A DNA stretch of 64,000 nucleotides from Limnochordia bacterium (GTDB lineage: Bacteria; Bacillota; Limnochordia; DTU080): contig JBMNJG010000007.1 in assembly GCA_050951545.1 (NCBI GenBank), forward strand, positions 96,001 through 160,000, given 5' to 3'. This document shows, one piece after another, positions 38,349-48,200 of the stretch. The notes under the pieces are model-generated. The model did not search any database. It saw only the letters and a list, made by a program, of their open reading frames with translations, and was not told where the DNA came from. Both the position numbers and the translations under genes were made by a program. The first letter of the stretch is position 1; every line of letters starts with the position of its first letter.

Positions 38349-39038
38349 TCAAAGATCTCTGTGCTGCAGGTTACGCGTGGCCAACTGGAGCAGCAGTAGG
38401 TAGAGCGTCGCAGTGATCATGAGCGTGAGCATAACGGGGCGCCACGTCGACACAGCCGACCATGCAGCTAGAGTGTGTAGCCAGCCCTGCTGCTGAGTGG
38501 ATTGACCTGCGTCTCGGACTAGTCCGCTGTTTTGCAGTACCTGCCACCCCAATGCCAAGCCAATAGGCACCAATGAAAAATACATTAGGTACAGTCGTAT
38601 GGAGCGGTACCCATGGCGGAAGAACACCGCAAGCAGAAAGCCCGAAAGAAGCAAGCCAGAGCTGGCAGCCGCTACGACCCCGGGTACCAGCGCCTGCCAT
38701 GTCTGACTGCTGTTGGTCAGCAGAAGAACTGGTAGGAGGCCGGAGGCGGTGAAGAGGAAAGCGAACGACAGTGTGCTTAGAAACTTGCCAGCCGTGATGT
38801 CTCGCGCAGAGAGCGGCAGGCTACGCAAGTAGATGAGCCCTCCTTGGTCTTCCTCATACGCTGTACCCAGGGTGGTCACCATAATGAGGCCTCCCAGGAC
38901 TCCGCCGATGCTGCCGATGCCGCCTTCGCCGCCCATGGCGAGGTTGAGGCTGAAGATCACCAGAATGGCGCATCCCACCAAAAGCCGTGATCGCTGTTGG
39001 ACTAGGTCCTTATAGACAAGCATGGCCACTGCCTGCAT
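38349..39038 (-). CDS. ABC-2 transporter permease
   Basis: YKDL start, LRSLPLS...GKFL, about six TM segments. Confidence 0.8.
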   Translation of the reverse strand: MQAVAMLVYKDLVQQRSRLLVGCAILVIFSLNLAMGGEGGIGSIGGVLGGLIMVTTLGTAYEEDQGGLIYLRSLPLSARDITAGKFLSTLSFAFLFTASGLLPVLLLTNSSQTWQALVPGVVAAASSGLLLSGFLLAVFFRHGYRSIRLYLMYFSLVPIGLALGWQVLQNSGLVRDAGQSTQQQGWLHTLAAWSAVSTWRPVMLTLMITATLYLLLLQLATRNLQHRDL

Positions 39039-39924
39039 CGTGGATTTCCTCCTTACTTACAAGTTCGCCAAGAATCTCATCTAAATCCAGCGGCCGCTGG
39101 TGTAGTGGCTTGTGACCCTTTTGTTGCATGAAGGCTAGGGCCCTGGCTGCTTCAGTGACCGCCACACGTACCACCCCGTTGGCTACTACTTTGGCCGAGA
39201 ACAGCCCCGGGAGCCCCTCCGCATCGGGGGCATCGATCATCAACTCATACCACTGGTCGCGCAGCGTCTCTCGCGCTTCCTTCAGAGCGACTTGACCATC
39301 GATCACAAAGACGATGTAGTCTGCGATGCGCTCAACATCTTCGGTGATGTGCGTCGAGAAGAGAACGGTTCGCTTTTCGTCTTGCACAACGGCGCCAATC
39401 TGATCCAGTATCTCTCGTCGGATGAGGGGGTCAAGCCCAGAGGTGGGTTCGTCAAGGATAAGCAGCTGCGGATTGTGCGCCAATGCCAGTGCCAACTGCA
39501 GCTTGACCCGAGTGCCCTTGGAGAGAGTCTTGCTTGGCGCGCGGGCATCGATCTTGAAACTCCGTAACAGTTGGCCGTAGCGCTCGTCGGACCAAGTGGT
39601 GAAATGAGCTCGTGCAAAGCGACCAAACCACTGGGCGTTCATGTTCTGGTAGAGAAAGGGTTCTTCCGGTACGAAGCCGATACCTTGCTTGATGGACTTC
39701 TCGTGCATACGTGGATCCAATCCAAAGACCGTGATGGAACCTGTTGCGGGTTGCACCAGGCCCATAAGCATCTTAAGCAGGGTTGTTTTGCCGGCACCAT
39801 TGGGCCCCAGTATTCCGTATACGTAGCCAGGCTCGAGTTCCAGGCTCACCGGGCCAAAGCGGAACGACGGATAATCTTTGGTGAGCTTTTGTACATCTAT
39901 CACATGCTGGTATTCAGCAGTCAT
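39010..39924 (-). CDS. ABC transporter ATP-binding protein (YtrB-like)
   Basis: GPNGAGKT, LSKG, LILDEPTSGLDP, STH. Confidence 0.93.
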   Translation of the reverse strand: MTAEYQHVIDVQKLTKDYPSFRFGPVSLELEPGYVYGILGPNGAGKTTLLKMLMGLVQPATGSITVFGLDPRMHEKSIKQGIGFVPEEPFLYQNMNAQWFGRFARAHFTTWSDERYGQLLRSFKIDARAPSKTLSKGTRVKLQLALALAHNPQLLILDEPTSGLDPLIRREILDQIGAVVQDEKRTVLFSTHITEDVERIADYIVFVIDGQVALKEARETLRDQWYELMIDAPDAEGLPGLFSAKVVANGVVRVAVTEAARALAFMQQKGHKPLHQRPLDLDEILGELVSKEEIHDAGSGHACL

Positions 39925-39930
39925 GATCCC

Positions 39931-40362
39931 TCACCACGCATCCTTTCTTGGTCTTTTGGTTACGGTTTTGTCGGATGACCGGTTTGGCTCTTCGGCCAGC
40001 ATCTGCACCAGGAGTAGCTTGACTTGATCCGGAGGAAGACCCAGATTCTCAGCCTCTGCAAGTACATTCTCAAGCAGGGCGCGCACATGCTGCTGACGGG
40101 CGTCGTGGCGCTGAGCTTGTGTCTGTTTTGCCACAAAACTTCCCATGCCCGGGCGCGTGAAGATCAGACCTGCGCGCTCCAACTCGGCGTACGCCCGTCG
40201 TATAGTGATCACACTGACCGAAAGCTGCTGTGCCAACCCTCGCACGGATGGTAGTGGTGTTTCAGGCGACAGCTTTCCACTCAGAATGAGATTCTGTATC
40301 TGGTCTACGATCTGCTGGTAAAATGGCGCCGAACCTTGAGCCTGTAACGAGATTGGAAGCAG
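39931..40362 (-). CDS. GntR regulator, YtrA subfamily (probable CTG start)
   Basis: PFYQQIVDQI...GKLSP..PLPSVR.LA..L.VS..T..RAY.ELE..G.I.TRPGMGSFV; in-frame TAG just upstream; RBS AAGGGGGTG 5 nt before CTG. Confidence 0.85.
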   Translation of the reverse strand: MLPISLQAQGSAPFYQQIVDQIQNLILSGKLSPETPLPSVRGLAQQLSVSVITIRRAYAELERAGLIFTRPGMGSFVAKQTQAQRHDARQQHVRALLENVLAEAENLGLPPDQVKLLLVQMLAEEPNRSSDKTVTKRPRKDAW

Positions 40363-40382
40363 ATTGGCACCCCCTTGCTATC

Positions 40383-40414
40383 CTGTGTATATACGGTAGA
40401 CACAGCATACACAG
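40383..40414. promoter_or_regulatory. YtrA-type operator
   Basis: CTGTGTAT-N16-ATACACAG inverted repeat with a nested GTGTCTA-N5-TATACAC (minus strand); overlaps -10/+1. Confidence 0.7.
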
Positions 40415-40441
40415 TATAGCCGTGGGTTCGCCCCATGTCAA
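40413..40441 (-). promoter_or_regulatory. SigmaA promoter of the GntR-ABC operon
   Basis: TTGACA-N17-TATACT. Confidence 0.8.
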
Positions 40442-40573
40442 TACGTTAGGTCATCACTTGGCCGCCTATGACGATGGGTTACTACACGCGAGGGCCAATT
40501 GCGAAAGGTTAGCCGAATGCGGCGTGCTCGGCACCAAGGGGCTGGTATGCCCTAGCGCAGCGCGTTATAGCGG

Positions 40574-40603
40574 TTGACGCCGCAACAGCCGAAATGATAT
40601 ACT
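40574..40603 (+). promoter_or_regulatory. SigmaA promoter of tRNA-Gln
   Basis: TTGACG-N18-TATACT with extended TG. Confidence 0.7.
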
Positions 40604-40630
40604 GCGTTATGCCTTCATGCATTCATGCAC

Positions 40631-40704
40631 TGGGGAGTGGTGAAACGGCATCACGGCAGACTTTGGATCTGCTTTTCCAGGTTCGAGTCCTGGCTCCCCA
40701 GCCA
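40631..40704 (+). tRNA. tRNA-Gln (TTG)
   Basis: Acceptor TGGGGAG/CTCCCCA, anticodon arm GCAGA-CTTTGGA-TCTGC, GGTTCGAGTCC T-arm, encoded CCA. Confidence 0.97.
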
Positions 40705-40709
40705 CTCTG

Positions 40710-40738
40710 GCCATCGCAAGACGACGATGGCTTTTTTT
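40710..40738 (+). terminator. Intrinsic terminator after tRNA-Gln
   Basis: GCCATCG...CGATGGC followed by T7. Confidence 0.85.
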
Positions 40739-40852
40739 GCTCCCGGAGGCGAGCTACCCCAGGGAACGAGTTCCGCTGGTCCGTCATATCATGCGGGGAT
40801 AGACGGTCCTGGATTTCGTGGGCAGTAAGCGCCTGTCAGGGAGTGGACGCTC

Positions 40853-41488
40853 ATGTGGTCATTGGCAATGCTTACGCTGGCTCTTAGCATGGATGGTCTG
40901 CTGGCTGGTATCTCTTATGGTATGCGTGCTATCGCCATACCGTCTCGTTCGCTTGGCATCGTGGCGGTTTGCACATTCGTGGGCATCGGCCTATCGATGG
41001 CCTTAGGCCATCTGATGGGAGACCTAGTGCAACCAGCGCTTGCCCGGGGACTTGGGGGCTTTCTGCTCATCGGCTTGGGTCTGTGTCAGTTGACACAGGG
41101 TTGGGTTGAGTGTCGGCGACATGCGTTATGTCAACAGGGACGCAGTTCAGCGGTTCTCGCGCGCTTGCGTTTGCGTTCGCTCGGGATTGCCATCCAGGTA
41201 CTGCAGGAACCAGTGTGCGCGGATCGCGACTGTTCTGGTAGTATTGAGGCGGGCGAGGCTGTGGTGTTGGGGGTGGCCTTGGGGCTGGATACTCTCGCAG
41301 CTGGGATGGCGGCCAGCCTTGTGGGCTTAGGATGGCTCTTGGTGGTTATGGTGCCTGTAGGACTCGTGATTCTGATCGAGTTGGGGCTGATCGTCGGCCG
41401 TACGCGACGCACCTCATTGTTGGCCGACCGAGGGTTCATGGTCCCGGCAGCCCTGTTGATCTTGATGGGTCTACTCCAGCTGGTATAG
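40853..41488 (+). CDS. ytaF: Sporulation membrane protein YtaF (MntP/YtaF family)
   Basis: ALSMDGL..GISYG, IQVLQEP..AD.D.SG.I...EA..LG.AL.LD. Confidence 0.8.
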   Translation: MWSLAMLTLALSMDGLLAGISYGMRAIAIPSRSLGIVAVCTFVGIGLSMALGHLMGDLVQPALARGLGGFLLIGLGLCQLTQGWVECRRHALCQQGRSSAVLARLRLRSLGIAIQVLQEPVCADRDCSGSIEAGEAVVLGVALGLDTLAAGMAASLVGLGWLLVVMVPVGLVILIELGLIVGRTRRTSLLADRGFMVPAALLILMGLLQLV

Positions 41489-41611
41489 TATGATAAAAGG
41501 ATTCGAGAAACTCGGGAGCAACTACGGCTAGAGGGCGGACAGCTCTGTTGGACAGGCTCACGGAAAGCGGCGATTCCGCCCCTTTGCGTGATCTGTGATT
41601 GGGGGATGCTG

Positions 41612-42673
41612 ATGATGAGGGTGGCTGGGGTGATCTTGGCGGCGGGACTGGGGACCCGCATGAAATCGAATACGGCAAAAGTTCTGCACCGTGTCTGCGG
41701 CCGGCCCATGATAAGCTATGTCGTGGACGCCTTGCGCGGCATTGAGGCCGAGCGTGTTATCGCGGTAGTGGGTCACCAACGTGGGAGAGTGCAGGAGGTG
41801 CTAGGTCCTTCGCTGGAGTATGTTGTACAGGAGCAGCAATTGGGCACAGGGCACGCGGTGATGCAGGCCGATGCGCCACTTCATGACTACCCAGGTGCCG
41901 TTGTGGTGGCGAATGGCGATGTGCCGCTGCTACGAGCAGAGACACTTGCTCGTCTTGTGGAATACCATACAACCCACGAGATGGCGGCGACGGTTTTGAC
42001 AGCGATCGTTCCTGATCCTACGGGTTACGGGCGGGTTTTGCGCGATGATCGTGGAGACGTCCTTCGCATTGTGGAACACAAGGACGCGAGCTCTGAAGAG
42101 CGCGCAGTGCAAGAGATCAACACGGGGATGTATGCTTTCCACGGCCCCTTGCTCTTCCCGTCTTTGGCCCGTCTGAGCAGTGCCAACGCTCAAGGAGAGC
42201 TGTACCTCACTGATATCGTGGAGATCCTTCGGGATAGAGGTCACAGGGTCGGAGCCATAGCGGTCGATGATCCTCGCGAAGGCCTGGGCGTCAACGATCG
42301 CCTGCAACTGGCAGAGGCAGACGTGATCATGCGCCAGAGAGTGCTGCGCGAGCTAATGCTGGCAGGCGTGACTATCATCGATCCCACTACCACCTATATT
42401 GAGCCCACGGTAAGAATAGGCAGAGATTCGGTGGTTCATCCCTTTTCCTATCTCGCAGGGGATACCGAAATTGGCGAGAAATGTTGCATTGGCCCCTATT
42501 GCCACATTCGAGAGGCGCGTGTGGGCGACGGGGTGCGTCTCGGCACTGCCGCTGTGTTGGAGGGTTGTAGAGTAGGCAGTGACGCGATCGTAGGTTCCTC
42601 CGTCCGTCTGGGACCGGGAGCCAGCATCGTTTCCGGGATGCAGTGCCACAGTTGCGACAATGGAGAGGGATAG
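41612..42673 (+). CDS. glmU: GlmU, C-terminally truncated (uridyltransferase domain + partial beta-helix)
   Basis: ILAAGLGTRMKS, QLGTGHA, GDVP, GYGR, EINTG, ELYLTD, GVNDR; ends at about 353 aa, directly before prs. Confidence 0.9.
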   Translation: MMRVAGVILAAGLGTRMKSNTAKVLHRVCGRPMISYVVDALRGIEAERVIAVVGHQRGRVQEVLGPSLEYVVQEQQLGTGHAVMQADAPLHDYPGAVVVANGDVPLLRAETLARLVEYHTTHEMAATVLTAIVPDPTGYGRVLRDDRGDVLRIVEHKDASSEERAVQEINTGMYAFHGPLLFPSLARLSSANAQGELYLTDIVEILRDRGHRVGAIAVDDPREGLGVNDRLQLAEADVIMRQRVLRELMLAGVTIIDPTTTYIEPTVRIGRDSVVHPFSYLAGDTEIGEKCCIGPYCHIREARVGDGVRLGTAAVLEGCRVGSDAIVGSSVRLGPGASIVSGMQCHSCDNGEG

Positions 42674-42679
42674 GTCAAA

Positions 42680-43621
42680 ATGAACATGAAGAAGGTCAAA
42701 TTGTTTACGGGGACGGCGAATCCGGCACTGGCCTATAAGATCAGCGAGGGTCTGGGTATTCCTATGGGGAGGGCGGTCATAAACCGTTTTCGTGATGGGG
42801 AGATCGACCTGCGTATTGAAGAGACTGTACGTGGTTGCGAAGTGTTCGTAGTGCAGCCCACTTGTAGTCCCGCTGATGCAAATCTTATGGAGCTTTTGGT
42901 CATGATCGATGCTTTGCGTCGGGCATCAGCGAAACACATCGCTGCGGTTATTCCTTATTATGGCTATGCGAGACAGGATCGCAAAGCCAAGCCGCGTGAT
43001 CCCATCTGCGCTAAGCTCGTAGCCAATCTGCTGACGGCAGCGGGGGCCGACCGCGTGCTGACGATGGATCTACATGCTGGTCAGATCCAGGGCTTTTTCG
43101 ATATCCCGGTAGACAATCTGCGTGGGATGCCTATTCTCGCTCGTTACTTCCAAGATAAACAGCTGGACAACGTCGTCGTCGTGTCGCCAGACGTGGGGGG
43201 CGTCAGTCGGGCGCGTCAGCTGTCGGAACGTCTTGGAGCAACTCTGGCGATTATCGACAAGAGGAGACCTGCGGCGAACGTCTCGGAGGTCATGCATGTC
43301 ATTGGGGATGTGCGCGGGTGTACATGCATCGTGGTGGATGATATTATTGACACTGGTGGTACCATTGTGAATGGCGTCGAAGCACTGGTTCAGGCTGGGG
43401 CTCGCGAGGTGTATGCTTGTTGTGTACACCCCGTGTTCTCACACCCCGCCAATGAACGGCTGGAGAGTTCTATGCTTTCAGAAGTGGTGGTCACTGACAG
43501 CATTCCACTTCCACCCGAAAAACGAACGCCTAAGATAAGGGTGTTATCAGTGGCTGGGTTGTTTGCAGAAGCTATTCGTCGTATTGTAGATGAGGTCTCT
43601 GTCAGTGTACTTTTTGACTGA
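42680..43621 (+). CDS. prs: Ribose-phosphate pyrophosphokinase
   Basis: PYYGYARQDRK, DLHAGQIQGFF, SPDVGGV, VDDIIDTGGT. Confidence 0.97.
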   Translation: MNMKKVKLFTGTANPALAYKISEGLGIPMGRAVINRFRDGEIDLRIEETVRGCEVFVVQPTCSPADANLMELLVMIDALRRASAKHIAAVIPYYGYARQDRKAKPRDPICAKLVANLLTAAGADRVLTMDLHAGQIQGFFDIPVDNLRGMPILARYFQDKQLDNVVVVSPDVGGVSRARQLSERLGATLAIIDKRRPAANVSEVMHVIGDVRGCTCIVVDDIIDTGGTIVNGVEALVQAGAREVYACCVHPVFSHPANERLESSMLSEVVVTDSIPLPPEKRTPKIRVLSVAGLFAEAIRRIVDEVSVSVLFD

Positions 43622-43664
43622 GGCTGTGTCATTGGCTAAACGTACAACGAGGAGATGGTGGTAG

Positions 43665-44318
43665 ATGGCATCGCTTGCCATTCAGGCGGTAACGCGCCAG
43701 GCGACTGGCAAAGGGGCGGCACGCAGGGCGCGTGCTGCTGGCAAGGCCCCCGCTGTCATGTATGGTGTGGGGATTGACTCTCGGCTGCTGGAGCTCGATG
43801 CGCGCGAGCTCGAGCGGTTGGTTGAACAAGGAGCCCACGGCCGACTTATCACGCTCAGTCTGGACGGCGAGACACGGGCCGTCATCCTGAAAGACGTGCA
43901 GCGTCATCCGGTGAAAGGTACCGTCTTGCACGTCGATTTCCACGCTGTGGCTCTAGACGAGGTCCTTCAGACCTCGGTTGTGGTGATCATCACAGGTGAT
44001 GCCGAGCGTGAAGATGACGGTGGCGTGCTTGTCCATGGCACTCGTGAACTCATTGTAGAGTGCCTGCCCACAGACATCCCTGAACACTTTGAGGCTGATG
44101 TCTCAGGGCTAGAGATCGGCGGAACTGTTCGGGCTGAAGATGTGGTAATGCCTCCTGGCGTCTCGTTGGTTTCTGATCCGGATACGGTTATCGCTTCGGT
44201 TGTTATTCCGAGATCGGTAATCGAAGAAGACGAAGAAGACGAAGAGGAGCAGGCAGAACCTGAACTCATCGGCGAATCCGATGATGACGAAGAGAAGACA
44301 GATAGCGACGACGAATAG
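43665..44318 (+). CDS. rplY: 50S ribosomal protein L25/Ctc
   Basis: GKGAARR, PAVMYG, QRHP...HVDF, CLPTDIP; position prs-rplY-pth. Confidence 0.95.
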   Translation: MASLAIQAVTRQATGKGAARRARAAGKAPAVMYGVGIDSRLLELDARELERLVEQGAHGRLITLSLDGETRAVILKDVQRHPVKGTVLHVDFHAVALDEVLQTSVVVIITGDAEREDDGGVLVHGTRELIVECLPTDIPEHFEADVSGLEIGGTVRAEDVVMPPGVSLVSDPDTVIASVVIPRSVIEEDEEDEEEQAEPELIGESDDDEEKTDSDDE

Positions 44319-44362
44319 CCAGGACCTAGCGCAGTTCTGGCAGAGTGCGGAGGCTAGTGAGT

Positions 44363-44938
44363 GTGAAACTCGTGGTGGGTCTGGGTAACCCCGGAACGCA
44401 GTACGCGAACACAAGGCATAACGTCGGCTACCAGGTCGTGGATCTGTTGGCTCACCGGCTCAATGTGTCGGTTGCCAAGAAAGAGGCGAAGAGCCTAACC
44501 GGGGAGGCTCCATGGGCTGGCACGACGTTGCTTCTGGCCAAACCACAGACATTCATGAATGCCAGTGGCGAGGCGGTGCGGGCTCTGGTGGATTACTATC
44601 GCATCGCCTTGCACGACCTACTGATTATTTATGACGATCTGGATCTACCTCCCGGCAGAATCCGAATGCGAACCAAGGGCAGTCCTGGCGGGCATAATGG
44701 CATCCGTTCTATCATAGACTACATGCACACCGACCTCTTTCCGCGTCTCAAGATAGGAATAGGAGCGGTGCCAGTAGGCACATCTGGCCGCGACTATGTG
44801 CTATCATGCTTTAGCCCGGAAGAGGTATCTCTTATAGAAGATGCGTGCTCTGCAGCAGCAGAAGCGGCTCTGCTATGGGTGGATTTTGGTGTGGAAAAGG
44901 CCATGAGTGTTGCTAATGCGCCAGTCCCCACAGAGTAG
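44363..44938 (+). CDS. pth: Peptidyl-tRNA hydrolase
   Basis: VGLGNPG, TRHNVG, KPQTFMN, GGHNG. Confidence 0.96.
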   Translation: MKLVVGLGNPGTQYANTRHNVGYQVVDLLAHRLNVSVAKKEAKSLTGEAPWAGTTLLLAKPQTFMNASGEAVRALVDYYRIALHDLLIIYDDLDLPPGRIRMRTKGSPGGHNGIRSIIDYMHTDLFPRLKIGIGAVPVGTSGRDYVLSCFSPEEVSLIEDACSAAAEAALLWVDFGVEKAMSVANAPVPTE

Positions 44939-45004
44939 GGGGTCTCACCTGGGTCTGTGGAACCATGCAGTAGGGATGATGCTCACACAGGGCGGGAGTT
45001 GAGG

Positions 45005-45034
45005 TTGACCCTTGCGTGGGGCGTGGCATATAAT
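45005..45034 (+). promoter_or_regulatory. SigmaA-like promoter upstream of mfd
   Basis: TTGACC-N18-TATAAT. Confidence 0.65.
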
Positions 45035-45208
45035 AAACTCAAGTGTTAGAGTGTCCTTAAAGACAATTCTGCCAAGGCAGGTGCCCGCGAGGTTTGTAGC
45101 AAGCCTTGCTGGGCACTCTCCGTGCTTCTCCACAGCAGCTCTCACTGAGCCTGATGCCTAGGCATCGGTATTTGGATAACACGCGATGTTTTTCAGGAGG
45201 CGTACTGC

Positions 45209-48200
45209 TTGGCGATTGACGCACTGTTGGGAGTCGTTTCCCAGTCAGCAGAGTTTGCTCAGATACGTGATGGCCTTGCTCGAGCAAGAAGCGAGCAGCT
45301 TGTCTCGGGTCTGTCCGGTAGTCAGAAGAGTCTATATGTGGCGGCATTGTTTCGATCTATCAGTCTTCGACGCGGTATGCCGCTGCTGGTGGTTACGCAC
45401 AGCAGCTGGGAGGCAGACCGTCTGCGTACGGACTTGCTCAGTCTGCTTCCGCCTGATCAAGTGCAGCTGTTTCCAGCTCTTGAGACACTTCCGCATGAGG
45501 AGGTGTCGCGTTCGGTTGAACTGACGCGTGAACGGCTCACGGTCTTAGACAGTATCACCACGGGCAAGTCCGTGTTGGTGGTTGCTTCCGTACAGGCTCT
45601 CAGTGAACGCATTCTCCCTTCTTCGCAGTTGTTTGGGCGCGCTGTGGAGATCGACATGGACAGCCGTGTCGATCTGGCCGATTTCGGCGGCAGACTGGTT
45701 CAGCTGGGCTATGAGAGAGTGGATCGGGTTGATGCCCCTGGTCATTTCAGTATTCGCGGTGGTATCATTGACGTCTTCCCGTTTAGCTTGCCTCAACCCG
45801 TGCGGTTGGAGCTGTTCGACGACGAAGTGGATAGCATCCGTTTCTTCAGTCTCGCCAACCAACGCTCCACTGAGAAGATAGCTAAGGTGCGCATTCCGCC
45901 AGCGCGGGAGTTTCTGTACCCGGAGAGCGATAGAATGGCGGCTCTGGAGAGTATCGAGGCGACTGCTGTGACACAAGTAGCTAAGCTACGCCGTTTGGGG
46001 CATGTCACAGCAGCGGAGTCTCTGTGTAAGCGGGTCGACACCCATTTGGAGAAGCTATCGGAAGGTGTCTTCTTTGAGGGTATGGACCAGTTCAAACCTT
46101 TTTTCCACCAGGCGCTCTGTACCCTCGTGGAGTACTTTCCAGACGATGCGCCAGTAATCGTCGACGAACCAAGCCGTACAGCAGAGCATGCGAGAGCTTT
46201 CGAAAACGAAACTGGCGAGCGACAAGGCCTCCTTTTGGAGAAGGGGCGCACTCTGCCGACAGAGGCTAATCTCTACGCTTCGTGGCCGGATCTTCTGCAT
46301 TCGATGCGCCGCCATCCAACGCTCTTTATGTCGGGACTGCTCAAACGGACACCGGGGGTAGATCCGGTAAGAGTCATCCAGATTGCTTCCCGCACCCCCG
46401 ATATCTACCACGGTCGATTAGACCGACTGGCCGCAGAGGTCAAAGCATGGCGTAGAGCTCGTCTCCACATATGTCTAGTGCTTTCTACGCCCGAGCGGGG
46501 AGCTCGGGTGGTGGAGGCTTTCAAGGACGAAGGTGTGGAGGCGCTTTTTGTTCCTGAGATGAACGGTGAGCTCAAGCGGGGAAATGTGGTGGTTACGCTT
46601 GGTCAGTTGACCTCTGGCGGGGAACTGCCTAGCAGTGGCTTGGTGCTGCTAACCGATAACGAGGTCTTCGGGCGCGAGAAGCGGCGGCGTCGTGTGCGAG
46701 GCGATGAGCCGCGCGGTACGCGCATAGCTGGGTTTGGTGACCTGAAGATTGGCGACTATGTGGTACACGACAACCACGGAATCGGACGCTACCTTGGGGT
46801 CGACACGCTCAGCATTGGCGGGGTACACAAGGATTACCTGGTGGTGCAGTACCAGGGAGAAGACAAACTCTTTGTGCCAACTGATCAGGTCAATCTTCTG
46901 CAGAGATACGTTGGCGTTGAGGGCCACCCCCCAAAGCTATACAAGCTGGGCGGCACGGAATGGACCCGGGTGAAAAAACGCGTCAAAGAGTCTGTGCAAG
47001 AGATGGCCCAGGGACTGTTGCGTCTTTACGCCGAACGGGAGGCAATCTCTGGCTACGCCTTTTCGCCCGATACGGTCTGGCAGCAGCAGTTTGAGGACGC
47101 TTTCCCGTTCCAGGAGACGCCTGACCAACTCAGGGCGATTCAGGAAGTGAAAGCCGACATGGAACAGAGTCGGCCTATGGACCGGTTGCTCTGCGGTGAC
47201 GTGGGCTATGGCAAAACGGAAGTGGCCATTCGGGCTGCCTTTAAGGCGGTGATGGATGGCAAGCAGGTGGCTGTCTTAGTTCCTACCACTATCTTGGCCC
47301 AGCAGCATGGACGCACCTTTCAAGAGCGCTTCAATGGATACCCCATCAAGATTCGAGTCTTGTCGCGCTTCCAGTCAGCGGCTGAACAGACAGCCATCAT
47401 CAAAGGCCTTGCCAAGGGCGATATCGATATCGTGATCGGTACGCATCGTCTGTTGTCTAAGGATGTGGTCTTCAGGGACTTGGGCTTCGTGGTGGTAGAC
47501 GAGGAGCAGCGTTTTGGCGTAGCTCAGAAAGAGCGACTCAAGGAGATCACCAAAAAAGTTGATGTGCTTACTCTTACGGCAACTCCGATACCGCGCACCC
47601 TGCACATGTCGATGGTTGGTGTGCGTGACATGAGTGTGATCGAGACGCCTCCCGAAGACAGGTTTCCCATCCGCACCTACGTTGTCGAGCATGACGAGGA
47701 TATGGTACGTGAGGCTGTCATGCGTGAGATGGTGCGGGATGGCCAGGTGTACTTCGTCTACAACCGTGTCCAGAACATAGACAATATGGCGATGCGCCTA
47801 TCTGCCGTCGTGCCTGAAGCGCGCATCGCGGTAGCCCACGGCCAGATGGATGAAGAGGAGCTTGAGCAGATAATGCTCGAGTTCTTAGATGGTCAGTATG
47901 ATGTCTTGCTGTGTAGCACGATCATTGAAACGGGCATGGACATCAGCAACGTGAACACCCTTATTGTCTATGATGCCGATCACTTGGGATTAGCACAACT
48001 CTACCAGTTACGGGGGCGTGTGGGCCGGTCGAACCGCGTGGCCTACGCCTATTTCACCTACAAGCGCGATAAAGTGCTATCGGAGGATGCCGAAAAGCGT
48101 CTGAGTGCCATCAAGGAGTTCACGGAGCTAGGCTCTGGGTTCCGAATCGCCTTGCGTGATCTCGAGATTCGTGGTGCAGGAAACATCTTGGGACCCGAAC

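Noticed and set aside
40631-40704. tRNA-Gln as the integration site of the 22-kb block
   Set aside because: The block lies 5' of the tRNA, there is no integrase, I saw no duplicated tRNA end, and it includes housekeeping folD
44220-44318. GAA/GAC-rich low-complexity tract
   Set aside because: Encodes the ordinary acidic tail of L25/Ctc
44945-45145. 66-aa ORF as anti-sigmaF Fin
   Set aside because: Wrong strand, lacks paired CxxC motifs, and overlaps the mfd promoter
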